Source: Cycas panzhihuaensis (taxonomy: Eukaryota > Plantae > Cycadophyta). Taken from it: a stretch of DNA of 64,000 nucleotides. This document shows, piece after piece, positions 1 to 13,358 of this stretch (position 1 is the first letter of the stretch; every line of letters starts with the position of its first letter). The translations under genes and the position numbers were made by a program. The stretch is taken from NCBI GenBank assembly GCA_023213395.1, contig CM041465.1:211613741-211677740 (forward strand). Direction: 5' to 3'. The notes beneath the pieces were generated by a model. It saw only the letters and a program-made list of their open reading frames with translations, searched no databases and was not told the origin of the DNA.

Positions 1-400
1 AATTTGCTCCATCTTATTTCTCTCCCTCATAATCCCTTCACCTTCTTATGGTGATCCCCCCTTCAAGATACTTTCCCTATTAAGTTATATACAACCATTC
101 ATACTTTCTCATTAGAGTTAAAGTCATTAAACCAAGCTTCTATTTCTCTGTCACCATTAAGTTCTCCACTGAAGGTAGGCGGATTTATCTTCCTCATTTC
201 ATATTGGAGTGATCTGCTTCCACCTTCTTGTTCTCTTCATATTACTCTTTGAGTTTCATTGGAAGATGTAATATTGGAGGAATAATACTCTTTATTGTAA
301 TCCTGAGATCTTCCTCTTCTATCTCTTTTGCTCAAATACTCATGAGTTCATGGTTCTTGTGACTTCTTCTTCTAGTACTCCTAGTATTTTGGATCTTTTT
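1..400 (-). pseudogene. Degenerate Ty3/gypsy gag fragment, continues beyond the left edge
   Basis: Reverse strand ~200-100 reads EMRKINPPTFSGELNGDREIEAWFNDF, a retrotransposon gag 'PPTFxG...EAW' motif, with stops; boundaries approximate. Confidence 0.65.
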
Positions 401-1249
401 GGTCATTTCTATATTAAGGGTTTATTGGATGTTGTAGAGAATGGCTTCATGGTTTCTCAGGATTCTTTCATTATTAAATTTATAACTTCATAGTTACTAC
501 TATTATTCACAAATAGTTTCTACTAAAACCTGAGAAATATCAAGTTGTATAGATACTCTCTACCTTGGAATTTCTTCTATTTCCATGTGTTTAAAATTTA
601 GACCTCCCCAGTCCTCTTGAGATGTTGATATCTCATCCTTCATTCTTCCCATTCCTTCTCAATAAAGTGATCTACAATTTTGTGCCTTCACTTCAATTTG
701 ATAACCTACTAAATTTGTCTTAGAAAACCCTAACAACACTTATCACTCTTACAACATACTAAATCCTAGTAAGAACTTATCAAAGTTATAATGTATAAAT
801 CCTTAGTAATAGTCTTTTAATTTTACAACTTATAAAACTCTATAAACTAGTTATCAATATAAAACTCTAGTAACAAATTGTTAGTACTGCAACATATGTT
901 ATTCAAACAACAATCTACTAACATCACAACTTATAAAATCCTAATAACTGTTGTCAATGTTACAACCTTAAAATTAATCACTTATAATCTCTTGGTAAAC
1001 TTCAAGCTAACTCCAAACCAGAGTATAGTAAGCTCTTCAAAAGCTTTGAATCTAATAAGTGCTTATTGATTACTTCTCTCATATATGGGCTTCAAACCTA
1101 GTTTCCCCAATAAGCCTTTATAGGCTTTCAACATAGTTCTACTAAATTCTTATAAGATTTCAAATCCAACTACACTCATACTAATCTATAACTACCCCAC
1201 CAATGATTATGATGTTGCCTTGATAGAATCCCCCCCTCTTGAATTTCCC

Positions 1250-3806
1250 TACAAGGTAGCACTAAGTAGTCCAAATCCTAAATTTGCAAAAATTTAAATC
1301 AAAACCATACACATTAGAAACCTTTACTCATGGATTTAACAAATTCAAGATAATAAGGGTGCTTATCACATAAAAATGGATTTCCTTTACAATTGAAAAT
1401 AAGTGAAACAATACATAACAACCAAGTAATATGTGTCCCTTATAGAGAGTCATACAAACTATAAAATAATTAACAAAAGGTATAGCATCTTTATTTACCA
1501 TTTGTATATAGTTTGCACATATCCCTTTTGACTAAAAATGAGGCCAAGTTGATTTCTTTAGATGGATTCACTACCTAAACAATAGAAATATTATGAAGAA
1601 AATATCCTCTAAGTTAGATCATGTGATGTGAATGTAGAAGTATTAGTGGTTCACTCTTCACTTAATCCCCTAGACTATATCCTATAAATGAAACTATTTT
1701 GAAATATAAAATATTCAATTTACTGAAACTACTATAAGCTTTTATTCATTATTGTAATAAATTTCATAATATCATACTTTACTCATTTATTATAATAAAA
1801 TAAGAGATACCATCTATGTATATCTCCTTATTAGGCCAACTTAATGGGCTACATTACTATTCAACCTACATATCAATAATCTTGCATGTGTTTACATTAC
1901 TTGCGCATCTCAATGGGTTGTGTGTTTCATACCACACAACATTTATCAATAGTAAGAGTGTGAATATATAACCTATAAGCATTACCTTATGTACATCCTA
2001 AATCTAACTAGAGGGGAATCCTCCACCTCATATATAAAATATCTAGAGCATAGGGGAATCATCACTCTATCTCAAATCCAATCCTTCATAATGATAGTAA
2101 CTAGCTTATAGGAGGAATTCACTACCTCTCTCAAACCAAATACACCACAACAATAATAACAAGAGTACAGAGAGAATCCTCAACCCTATCTCAACCTATA
2201 ACTTTAGCACCTATAAAGTAGTCTAATAAGATTAAGATAACAAGCTACACATACATACATAACATAGTCCAATTATGTCCTTTCACAAGATGGTGGTCAC
2301 CAATAGGATTACTAACCAAATCTAGATGATTGCCTTTAAAAATAGTATTCCTAGGTTATAGAATTTTCATGCAACTAACTAATAAAAAAGAGATTTCTAA
2401 CCAACAAAATCAATCTTTCTTAGAATGTGGAATATCACAAGCAAGTTGGTCATTAACCCATAATTCCTTGATATGAAACTAGATTGTTACTTCAACCTCT
2501 CTTCTCTGTGTAGCAGCTTATACTCTTAAAGAAAACTAGATTTCTTTCTCAAATTATCTTTTAGTTATTGAGGCACAAACCAACTCTTTGTATCCCTTGT
2601 TTTCTTTGTATTCGTTGAGCTCTTCTTTGCCTCCAACTGTCTAAGTTAATTCTCTATTGTATTTTTTTTCTTCTCTTCCTATATTTTATTATCCAATCCT
2701 TTTCTCCCTTTCCTAATAGTATTTCCTTGCTAATAAATGTCATTATAGTTGATGTCAAAGATTTGAGCTAAGGTGGCTACATAGTGTTTTTATTTATACT
2801 ATTCAAAGTAGTTGTTAGCTATCCATTGTGTCCAAACTACCATGCATCTTTCCATATTATACATCTCTTGATGGTCCTTGCTATCTAGACATCTAAGAGT
2901 AGTTATTACAACTCCAACAAGGCTAGTCTAATGTGGATTTATCAACCAATAATAAAATTATAAATGGGCAGATTTATCATCTACTCATGGTGGATTTTTA
3001 TTATCCAAGTAATACTAGCCTAATAAGAATAATTTGGCATAATTCTACTAGTAAATGAAATAGTTATGGCTAATTTATGAAGTACGATGTTTCAAGGCTT
3101 CTTCCTACATTTACATTTCTCTGCAACTTCTCCTTCTCCTACATGAACCTTTCCTACAAAACATCCCCTCTATGGAATTCTCCATCGAAATGTGTCTTTT
3201 ATGGGACTCTTCTCTCCTACAAGACAACTCTTCTACGAAGCTTCTCTTATGCTAAAACACTTCACCCATAGAATTTCTCTTTTATGGGATTGTCTTCTCC
3301 CCTAACTCAACTCCTATAAAATGTGTTTCATTTACATAATGGACAAAAGTATTATATTTAGAAAGTTTGATATATCAATTGCTTAAATTCTGTAACCAAC
3401 TAAAATAATAAAAACTTCTAAATCTATTATTTACCCTTACATTCATTTAACCCCCTATTCTTCCTTCATTCATATCACATGCTCCCCTATTTGCATTATC
3501 ATTAGGAATAATTTGGTAAGATTTTGTATTATGCAAACCATAAAAAAAATGAAATAGAAATTACATAATTTAAGATGTTATAGGACAAATCCAACACTTT
3601 GTAATATGCCATAACATAAACAAACTATCTACTCTAATAAGAGAAAAAAAAAATGGTATACCTTCACACATGGTAGAGCATGGAATAAGCTTCCATCTTT
3701 ATATAAGGTGGACAAAACTATAAAAGAAAAAGAATATATATATGAAAAGAGCTAAGATATGAAGAAGGATTTACATACATACATGTCTTAAGAAGTAGCC
3801 TATTCA
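1250..3806 (-). repeat. ~2.55 kb direct repeat copy 1, probable long LTR on the minus strand
   Basis: Colinear with 3807-6389 throughout (e.g. 1430-1575 vs 3995-4140). Right end tattca reads TGAATAGG.. on the minus strand. Lies upstream of the gag remnant; possible PBS-like tggtggggtag at ~1192-1202 (minus). Confidence 0.7.
2007..2195 (+). repeat. Degenerate ~58 bp sub-repeat array inside the LTR-like repeat (also 4586-4775)
   Basis: Recurring ctagag(cata)ggggaatc..cacc(t)atct core, 4 units per copy, the first one shorter. Confidence 0.7.
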
Positions 3807-6389
3807 AATCCTTACAAAACCCTCCAAAGTCTTAAATCTTTAAAAGTTTAAATGTAATAATAATACATGCATAACAAAAAATTATACCCATGGACTTGAT
3901 AGATTTTAAGAGAATAAAGGTTCTTGTCATATTAAAATAGATTTCCTTTATGACATAAAACTAATGTAATAATATGTAGCAATGAAAGTTATGCATGTCC
4001 CTTAAAGAGAGTCAAACACAAACTACAAAGCAATTAACAAAAGATATAATATTTTCATTCACCATTTGCATATATTTTTCATATATTCATTTTAACTAAA
4101 AGTTAGGCCAACTAGATTACTTTAGATGGATTCACCTCCCAATTGATATTAATTAAATAAAGGAATGCTCCCCCATGTTATAGCATGTGATATAAATATA
4201 GGAGTACTAGTGGTTCATTTTTCACTCAATTCACCCTAGACTATATCCTACTTATAAAATCTCATTAAAATGTAAAACTTGTAATTTGCTATTATTGTTA
4301 TAAGATTTTATTCATTATTGCAATACATTTCATAACATCATACTTTACATGTTCCTGAGAACAACATCAGAGATGCCTTCCATGTATGGCTCCTTATTGG
4401 GCCAATCTCAATGGACTATCTTATTATGTAATGTATATGTCAATAATATTGGATGTCTTCAAATTGACTACTTATCTCAATGGGTTGTGTATTTCATACT
4501 ATATAACACTCATCAATAATAAGAGTGTGAATCCATGCACTACACGTGTTGCCTCACATACATCCCATGCATATCCCAAAGATAACTAGAGGGGAATCTA
4601 ACACTTCATATGTAAAATATCGAGAGCATAGGGGAATGATCACCATATCTTAAACATAATCCTTCACAATGATAATAACTAGAGTGTAAGAGGAATCCGC
4701 CACCTATCTTAAACCAAATACACCATAACAACAATTACTAAAGTATAGGGGGAATCCTCAACCCTATCTCAACTTGTAGCTTTGGAACCCATAAAGCAAT
4801 CTAATAAGATTAAAGTAATAAGTCACACATGCATACATTGAATAGTCTAATTATGTCCCTTCATAGGATGGTGGTGGTCACCAATAAGATTATTAACCAA
4901 ATTTATATGATTTCCTCTAAAAACAACATTCTTAGGCTATAGAATTTTTATGCAACTAAATAATAAAAGCTAGATTTCTAGCCAATCAAACCAATATTTC
5001 TCAAACGTTAGAAAATCTCAAGCAAGCTAGTTATTAAACCATAATTCCTAAACATGAAACTAGATGATCACTTTAGCCTCTCTTCTTTGTGTAATAACCT
5101 ATACTCCTAAATCAAACTAGATTTCTTTCTTAGATTAAAAAGGCATGAACTAACTCTTTACATCCCCTATGTTCTTTACATTCTTTAAGCTCTTCTGTAC
5201 CTCCAACTATATTAGTTCATTTTCACTATCTTTCATCTCTCTCCATATCTCTATTTTATTATTCAAACCTTTTCCTCCATTTTCTAGAGGTAATTTCTTG
5301 CTAATAAATATTATTAAAGTTGATGTTAGAAATATGAGCTATGGTGGTTATAGAGTGTTTTTAGTTATACTATTTGAAGTGGTTGTTAATTATCCATGTG
5401 TCCGAACTACTATTTATCTCACCATGTTATGTGTCTCTTAATGGACCTTATTGTCCAGATATTTGAGTGCTTTTATTATGACTCCATTAAGGATACACTG
5501 ACATTGCTCTTTTAATTAATACAAAAATTATGAAGGAAATGATAGAGATCTATCATCTACTCATGGTATCTTTTTATTATCCAAGTGTCCTGGTGCTTTT
5601 AATACCAACCCATCAAAACTAATTTGGTGTAATTTTGCCAATAGATGAGATATATACAACTAATTTATGAAGTATGATGCTTTGATCCTTCTTCTTATAT
5701 TTGCACTTCTCTATGAGTTCTTCTCTTAAACCAACCTTTACTATAAGGAATTCACTCTATGAGACTTCTCCCATAAAACACCTCTTTTGTAGGACTCTTC
5801 TCTCTCACAAAACAACTCTCATGTGAAGTTTTTATTCCACTAAAACACTTCACCTATGAGATTTCTCTTATATGGGATTCTCTTTTCCCACCAACTCAAC
5901 TTCTATAAAACATCTCTCATTTATATAATATCCAAAATTATTCTACTCATAAATTTTGATATGTTGATTTACTAAATTTTGTACTTAAATAAAACCATAA
6001 AAAAATCTAAATCTATTATCTACCCTTACATTTATTTTACCCCTCTATTCTTCCTTCATTTATATCACATGCTCTCCCATTTGTGTTGTCATCTAGAGTA
6101 ATCTGATTGGCTTTTATATTATGCAATCCATAATAAAATAAAATAAAAATTACATAATTTAAGGTATTAAAGGAAAAATCTAACACCTTGTAATATGACG
6201 TAATATAAGCAAACTATCTACTCTAATGGACCAGAAAGGGTACACATTCACACCTAGTGGAGCATGGAATAAGCTTCCACCTTATATAGGGTGAACAAAA
6301 CTATGAAAGGAAAAGAATTTACATATTAATGAAGCTAAGAGATAAATAAGGTTTTACATGTATACATGGATTAAGAAGTAACCTATTCA
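3807..6389 (-). repeat. ~2.58 kb direct repeat copy 2, head-to-tail with copy 1
   Basis: Ends aagaagtaacctattca (6373-6389), matching aagaagtagcctattca (3790-3806); roughly 75-80% identity by eye. Confidence 0.75.
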
Positions 6390-8298
6390 AGAAAGATAGT
6401 AAGATTAGATTAGTTTAGGGTTGGGTCCTTATATGCTATCTGCTTATTTAATCCATTACTTATTTACAGTCTTTGTCATTCCCCTAAATTGCATTTTTAA
6501 TACATAGAAAAGTCATATTTGAAACCATGTAAAAGATACAAATGACAAAACACCAATATTAAAAAGTGAATATCATCATTAATATTAATTATAAATACAT
6601 TTATGATATATAAAACTTATGTATCTTGAGTTAATGTATATTTCTTATGTGAATAGAATGAAGAAGAGGCCCTATTGACTAAAAATAATATTTTTCTATT
6701 ATTATCAAAGAAAACAATCCTTAAAAAATTGTAAAAATTTTAATTTTTTTCATGAATTTCAAAAATATATCATAATTAATTTTCATAAAAGACTTGTAGT
6801 ATAATAGATGATTTTGGGTTAGATCAATCTAATCTTCATCTTGAAATGGAAAAAATTGAAAATTTCCCACTTTAATTGCTTGAAGTAATATATTTGAATC
6901 CAAAATCCTAAAATGCCTAAAATTTAACTCTAATACCACTTGACGAAACTCTAGATAAGATTTACTTTATAAATCTAGAAGTTAGGAAATTACACTTCCA
7001 AAGACACAAAATATACAAATACGCCACTGATGGAACCATTCATAAAAGATAATTGATATGAACCATTCAAACATCAAAGATAAAATATATCCACTTATGC
7101 ATACCAAAGATACACCACATATTTAAAATACTAAAATATCATAATATATTAAATAAATTTAGAGCACATAAGTGATCTTAATGATGAACAAGATCTTAAC
7201 TCTCACATAAAAATGTTGGCTTTTAGAATGGGCTACTTCTAAGTTATTGTCTTATAAGTTTGATTTATTCCAAGTTATTGTAAAAGCCCGAAGCCAAAAT
7301 AAAAGATCTATGAAATTGAAAAATAAGAGTATTGATGTATGTTTATGGTACACAATACCTCAATGTAATTTCTTATTAGATAATATTTTAACCAACTAAT
7401 GTACACATGGTGGTTTAATATTATAAGATAACCTAAAGACATTTTGTTTATAAGCCTTATACATAATCCTAGATATTTTTTCTTTGTAATTCATAGTAAA
7501 TTAATTTGATATAAAATGTAAACATTGCACCACCCAAAGACACATTACACAACATGACCAAGAATATATAATCTACTTTATACAACTAGAGGATAATACC
7601 AAAACTTAGAAATCCCAATATTTAGGTTATTATATAATATGCCTAACCACTAAAACATTATGGAATTTAAGGAATTTATAAAATCTTATTATTTTTCCTT
7701 GATCTCAATCAATCGTGTGTAAGTAATTTATGCTATTACACCAATGTTTATGGTCAACCACCCATTGTTAATGTTCAAATAATAGGAATCCAAAGGAATT
7801 TTTGTTTCTAAATATACAATATAACCCTGTCATAAATAGATCTATGGGAACATCTTGGAGCAACTCATACAGGTAAAAGATATATTAATCAAGTATGAAA
7901 AATGGATAATCTGCATTTTAAAATATGATCATATAAACACAAGCTCCATAACTTAGCTACTTATACAAACCTTACTTTTAAGATTCATAGTTTAGCTACA
8001 TGTATAGTTGGGACATTATGTATATTACATAAGATAAGTATGGCTACTAACAATCATTATAAAAAGTTATTCATCATCGTACAAAGGGTTATGAGTGAAA
8101 GTGTTTGTAAGTGCATTGATGGAAAGAAAAAAGGCCATCAAATAGTGGATTGAAATTAAGGATCAAGTATGAAGCTTATATCATTGGTCTTTGTTCTAGA
8201 TATAGAGATGAGACTCATTTAAGATGATCATATAATGAATTAACACCAGCTTTTGTACTTTATCTTGGATCATATTTAATACAATAAGTGATAGTTGG

Positions 8299-8850
8299 TG
8301 TAACATTCCAAACATCTTAGAAGGCTATATAGATGACCTTCCTTAAGAGTTGAAAAACTAACCTATTTATTGCTTTTCTTTTCCGATTTTGATGAGTTTT
8401 CTTGCTGACTTCTAATTTTTATTTTGAGTAGGTTTATGCCTTTTACTTACTAAATTTTGTTAAGGGTAATTTAACCACCTATATAAGGAGTATTTTGGCC
8501 CTCCTTTGGGTATCATTCACTATGTCTTAGACTGCCATACTTTTGATCTTTTAGACTATTTATGGAGGGATTCTTACCTTGGAGAGGGATCCACTATCAA
8601 CTATATGTGCAAGATCTTTTGGTAACATTATACTTATTCAGTTTATACTTTATTTCTATCATTTATTTTTTCATATGAAAGTAGTACTCATATAAGTTTA
8701 TATTATTATTTATTATTGCAATTTTAGTAAGATTATACTATCATTTTATTGCTATAATTTATAGCTTCCAATTATGTATTATGTGTATTTACATATTTTT
8801 AGAGAAATTATTTAAAAATTTATTTAGAATAAGTTGATAAGATTGTTATA
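8299..8850 (+). repeat. 5' LTR (552 bp)
   Basis: TGTAAC / GTTA(C>T)A termini, TATA-like cctatataag ~8478, followed by a PBS. Confidence 0.75.
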
Positions 8851-10800
8851 AGTGGTATCTAAGCCTCATTTCAGGGTAATGTTTAGATGAAGTTCTCAAA
8901 AGGGAATTGAGATGAAAAATTTTCCTCTTAGAATAAAACTAAGATCTTAAAGGACCCTTCCAATTAACAAAATGATGAACTAACCATTAAGAACACTAGA
9001 GGATGTGTCCATATGAGTCAATTTGATAAGTAATAACTTAGCACAGATAAAAAAGGGGGTAAGAAAGCTCAAAGACCTATTCTCAAATGATAAGGGAAGG
9101 AATAAAAGAAGAGATATAGGACCATGTAAAGAAGTCAAGAATAAGAAGAAATTTCTAAGGAAGAACAATTAGACCAATAAGACCAACCTAGCCTAGAACC
9201 AACTTCCTCTTGGAAAAATTCAATCTTGAAAGATCTAAAGATATCTACAGTTAGATCCTATGAATAGAAATTTACTTCCAAGTAACCCCCATGTCAACTA
9301 AAGATAAGCTGGTAGTCACATCCCTTCATCGTTATGGGAAGGGCCTAAAATGGTACCATTGATGGCATAGATTCTATGAAGGAATAAGACATTTTAATTG
9401 GCCTTTTTTGAAGGCATGCATCACTAAGTAGTATGAATATACTTGGAACACTAATTACTTTACTTAGCTCATGAGATTACAACAAACATGATCTATCCAA
9501 GGGTACATGGAGTAGTTCTAATCATTACATAACTTGGTAGAGAAAGAAATCAATGAAGAATAACTTATTGAAGTGTACATTATAGGATTCAAAGGAAATA
9601 TCAAATACCATCTAAAAATAATAGAAGTTATTCACTTAAGTGATACCATTTGACATGCTAGAAATATTGAAGAAAAAATCAATGAAGGTAGGTAGAATTT
9701 TATTTGTTGTAACAAAGCACCTAGGTAACTAGGCCAATAATTCCAACTAAATTAGGCACTATTGGGAACAAAAGTAGGGTTGACTATGTTATAGAAAAAA
9801 GAAGAGCACTTAACTCAAGTTGAACATAGTAAAAATAAGACATGTTTCCATTGTGAAGGAAATTAGAATCTTGGTCATAATTATCCTACTAAGAAGATGT
9901 TTATGATAAATAATAACAAGGGTAATGTACTAAACAAGTAAGAACCTAATGAGGAAGCTATATCCAAAGAAAAAAAATCCCAAATCAATGATTTATTAAA
10001 TACTAATTTAGGTGACATATAAATCTCTTTATAAGCCATAATTGGAGAGACTCACACTTCATAGACACTATAATTCATAGGCTTGATTAAAAATATAAGA
10101 ATTTCAATTTTGGTAGATGGTGGGAGTACCCATAACTTTATAAATAAACCAATAGTAGATAAGTTAGGAGTCTAAATCAAATCACTTAATGTTCTTGAAG
10201 TAGTAATAGCCAACGAAAGGACTATACCATGTGGTGGTTACTACCAAAAGTTAAACTTACAAATAGTAGATTATACTACTACATATATTTACCATGTCAA
10301 TTGTAGGTGTCAGTGTTATTTTGAGAATTCAGTGGCTTCAAAATTTAGGAAACATAGTCACCAGTTATAGAGTATGTTTTATGTATTTTCACCAAAAGGG
10401 TCAAAATATAAATTACAAGCCCTCAATACTCTGCTAACCTAGTTAGTAACCTCTTTATAAATGGAGAAGTTATTGTAAAATAACCCCATATCTTTTATGC
10501 TCTCTTATTATAAACTAACCATAGATAAGGTTCCTATGGAAGTTCAAGCCATTATTAATTAATATAGTTAAGCATTTTATGAATCCCTAAGGATTACCTC
10601 CAAGTTAAGGTTTTGGATATTTTATCAAGCTAATTCCATAAGCTACCCCAGTAAACATTTAACCTTACCATTATCCCTTTCATTTTAAGAGGGAAATAAA
10701 ATGAATTACATAAGAGTTACTACAATAGGGATCTATTACTCCAAGTACCAACCTATTCACATTACTTATTATACTCATTTAGAAAATAAATAGGAAACGA
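8299..10800 (+). mobile_element. Truncated Ty3/gypsy (chromovirus-like) element: 5' LTR, PBS, gag, protease, start of RT
   Basis: LTR tgtaac(8299)..gttata(8850); PBS tggtatctaagcc 8853-8865 (tRNA-Met type); protease ILVDGGSTHNFI 10107-10142; pre-RT PYHYPF and PSTNLF motifs ~10665-10760; many stops. Confidence 0.85.
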
Positions 10801-11628
10801 AAAGTAATATATATGTTAGTTTTTTTGCTCTTAAGGAAGGTGGGCCAGATAACCTTCCAAGGCATTTTGAATACTATAGTTGGCTAGTGTATCACATGTA
10901 AATAACTTAGAGTTGTACTATAATATGTGTTGTACTTCATGAATACTTCCATGCTAATTATTATACTCATGTACGCAGTTATATTATAATGAGTCTTAAT
11001 ATAGGATCCCAGTATATACATCTATGATACACTATGGCCTCTATATATATGATGCTAATTCTTCTCTTATTATTCTTTCTAAAACTAAACTGGGGAAAAT
11101 CTAGTTAGCATCTAACATCATTGCTAGAAAATAATGAGGGCCTATCCCATCATAGTTGGCGATACATATTGATAAAACTAGGTCCCAATAATCAGAAATG
11201 GCCACCAAGATCTAAACTATTTTACAACTAGTTATAGGAATTGAAACTGAAATTTTAAATGTAAGTTCTTAAACTAGAGATAATATAATAAATAAATTAG
11301 AAACCTGAAGCATCACATATACACCTAATATAACATGGTAAAAGCCTATAAATGTGCTAAAGAAATATCCACATATGAAAGGTATCAATCTTTATTATCC
11401 AAGAATAGAGAAATATACATAATCTATAGAAGAATGCTCACAACAACAACAACCAACTGCCTCTTCTCAATATAGTATATCTAATACATCAAACACCATC
11501 AACCATAATGGAAAAACACCCTAATTCAGGCTATATGAGAGAGTCATACAAAGCACAAATCTTGACCATATAATCTAGGATATTTTAAATGAATGACCTC
11601 GATTCTCTTTACAATTCAGTATGTTTCA

Positions 11629-13358
11629 TAGTGCTAGCATTTTGGGTTGGGGGCTACCGCCCCTGAACCCCCTCTTTGTAGGGGGGAGTTTGACTCCCCC
11701 CATACCCCCCAGCCAAGGGAGGCTCCTGCCCCCCTTAGATCCCCTCGCATAAGTTTGGGGGGGAAATTGTATTGCTAACCTATCAAAAATTTTCCCTCCA
11801 AAACATTGTTATTACATTATCTAACAATAGAAACTAGTGATTAAGTATGAGAATCCAAGGTTAAGGTTGGGGAATAAAGAGTTGAATAATCAAATTATGA
11901 ATGACACAACCTTGATTAAAAGGACCCTATCCTAGTAGAATAGTTATATCAAATGGTGATAAATCAAAATTACCAACTTTCAGTGAAGAAATGGAAGAAG
12001 ATCTAACATGCCATTCTAATATGTGTGAAGTACTCTAGATCACAAATAGAGAGTTAGAAAAAGCCCATTAACTAAAGGAATTTCAAGTAACAGTATATGA
12101 TATGGTAAATAATTAGTATAAATAATTCAAGGAGGAGTAATTAAATGATTAGTAGACATTAAGGAAATTATTTAAAAAGGAATTTTGACTATTTTGTAAT
12201 GATAGTATGGTGCTAGATAAGATAGATAATTTAAAATAAGAACCCAAGAAAATCATATAAAGTTATAATACTAAGTTGAAGATACTACTAAGGAAAATAA
12301 AATGTGAGGTAACAAATGAGTTACAAAAATTATGATTTTTAGAAGGTCTACTCCTAAAATATTAAAGAAGACTTTATGTTGTTCCACCTTCATCTTATCA
12401 ATAGGAGGTATATTAGGTAACAATCCTAGAAATAGAAGATAATATAGATGCATGGCATTAGATAAAATTCTTAGAATGGGAGAAACCAAGGGAACCAACC
12501 TCATTCATTGGTGGATTAGATAAGGACTTGGTTTAAATAATAAGAAATTTGATACTATAGATAATAGTATCCATAAAATCACAATGCTACATATGTTATA
12601 TCAATCAATCAAAAGGTGATATAGAGGTTGAATACCTAGATTACTAGGTACCAATAAGAGAGTATCGCTAGATATAAGAGATGAGTAACTATGATACTAA
12701 TGAATGTGGCTTCAATATTCATGCATGAGGAAGATAGGATTATGATGTATTCATAACCAAGGAAGAACCCAATCAATGAGAATTTGAGGAGGGAATTAAC
12801 TAATGGGAAGATTAGTACAAAGGGATCCCTTAGGAGGCCTATCATATAATGATTTAAATGTAATTTATATGGTTATTTCACTAGAGATTTCACTAATACA
12901 TTAAAAAATTCCATAATCCTATCCCAATGGTGTGGTCTATAGGATCATGATGATGATCATTATCCATAGAAAGATATACCTATAAGTTTTATAGGAGTTG
13001 AATTCCTAAAGGAATCAAATCATAAAGTCCACCTTAGCTCTATGCAATACACATGATGAAAATGAAAGCACAAAAGTATCCAAACCCAAAAGAAGAGAAG
13101 AAATATATTTTGAAAGCATGAGATGTAATCAATATGCTCAATCCTAATCATAAGTACTTTTTCAAGAAACCTTGTTATCACTAACTAAACCTTAAGGAAG
13201 GCAATCATCATAAGAATCCCATAAGCTTCATATACCAAATACCTTAGTAAAAATAAATACACTTATGGAGTAACTATTGAAAATAGAAGTCACAATAAAG
13301 TGGGTATGTTTATCAGCCTACGATCTAATAATTACCTAAAAAATGGTTGATTAAGAAC
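11629..13358 (+). mobile_element. Old gypsy element, left part: PBS-like site, GC-hairpin leader, gag
   Basis: ..tgtttca|tagtgctagc (11629); gag DKSKLPTFSEEMEEDL ~11958; two decayed zinc-knuckle-like segments ~12855-12965; interrupted at 13359. Confidence 0.65.
11649..11745 (+). repeat. Three consecutive G-run/C-run/C-run hairpin motifs
   Basis: gggggc-tacc-gcccc-tgaa-ccccc; ggggggagt-ttg-actcccccc-ata-cccccc; aagggaggc-tcct-gcccccctt-agat-cccct. Confidence 0.85.

Noticed and set aside
760-1010. Degenerate acaacttataaaa repeats
   Set aside because: Low-complexity leader sequence; period not well defined
2007-2195. CRISPR-like repeat/spacer pattern
   Set aside because: Degenerate repeats with related spacers, inside a plant LTR-like unit; no cas genes
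8160-8220. KYEAYIIGL, resembling the Tat aRH motif EYEACIIGL
   Set aside because: Too short, with no supporting flanking motifs
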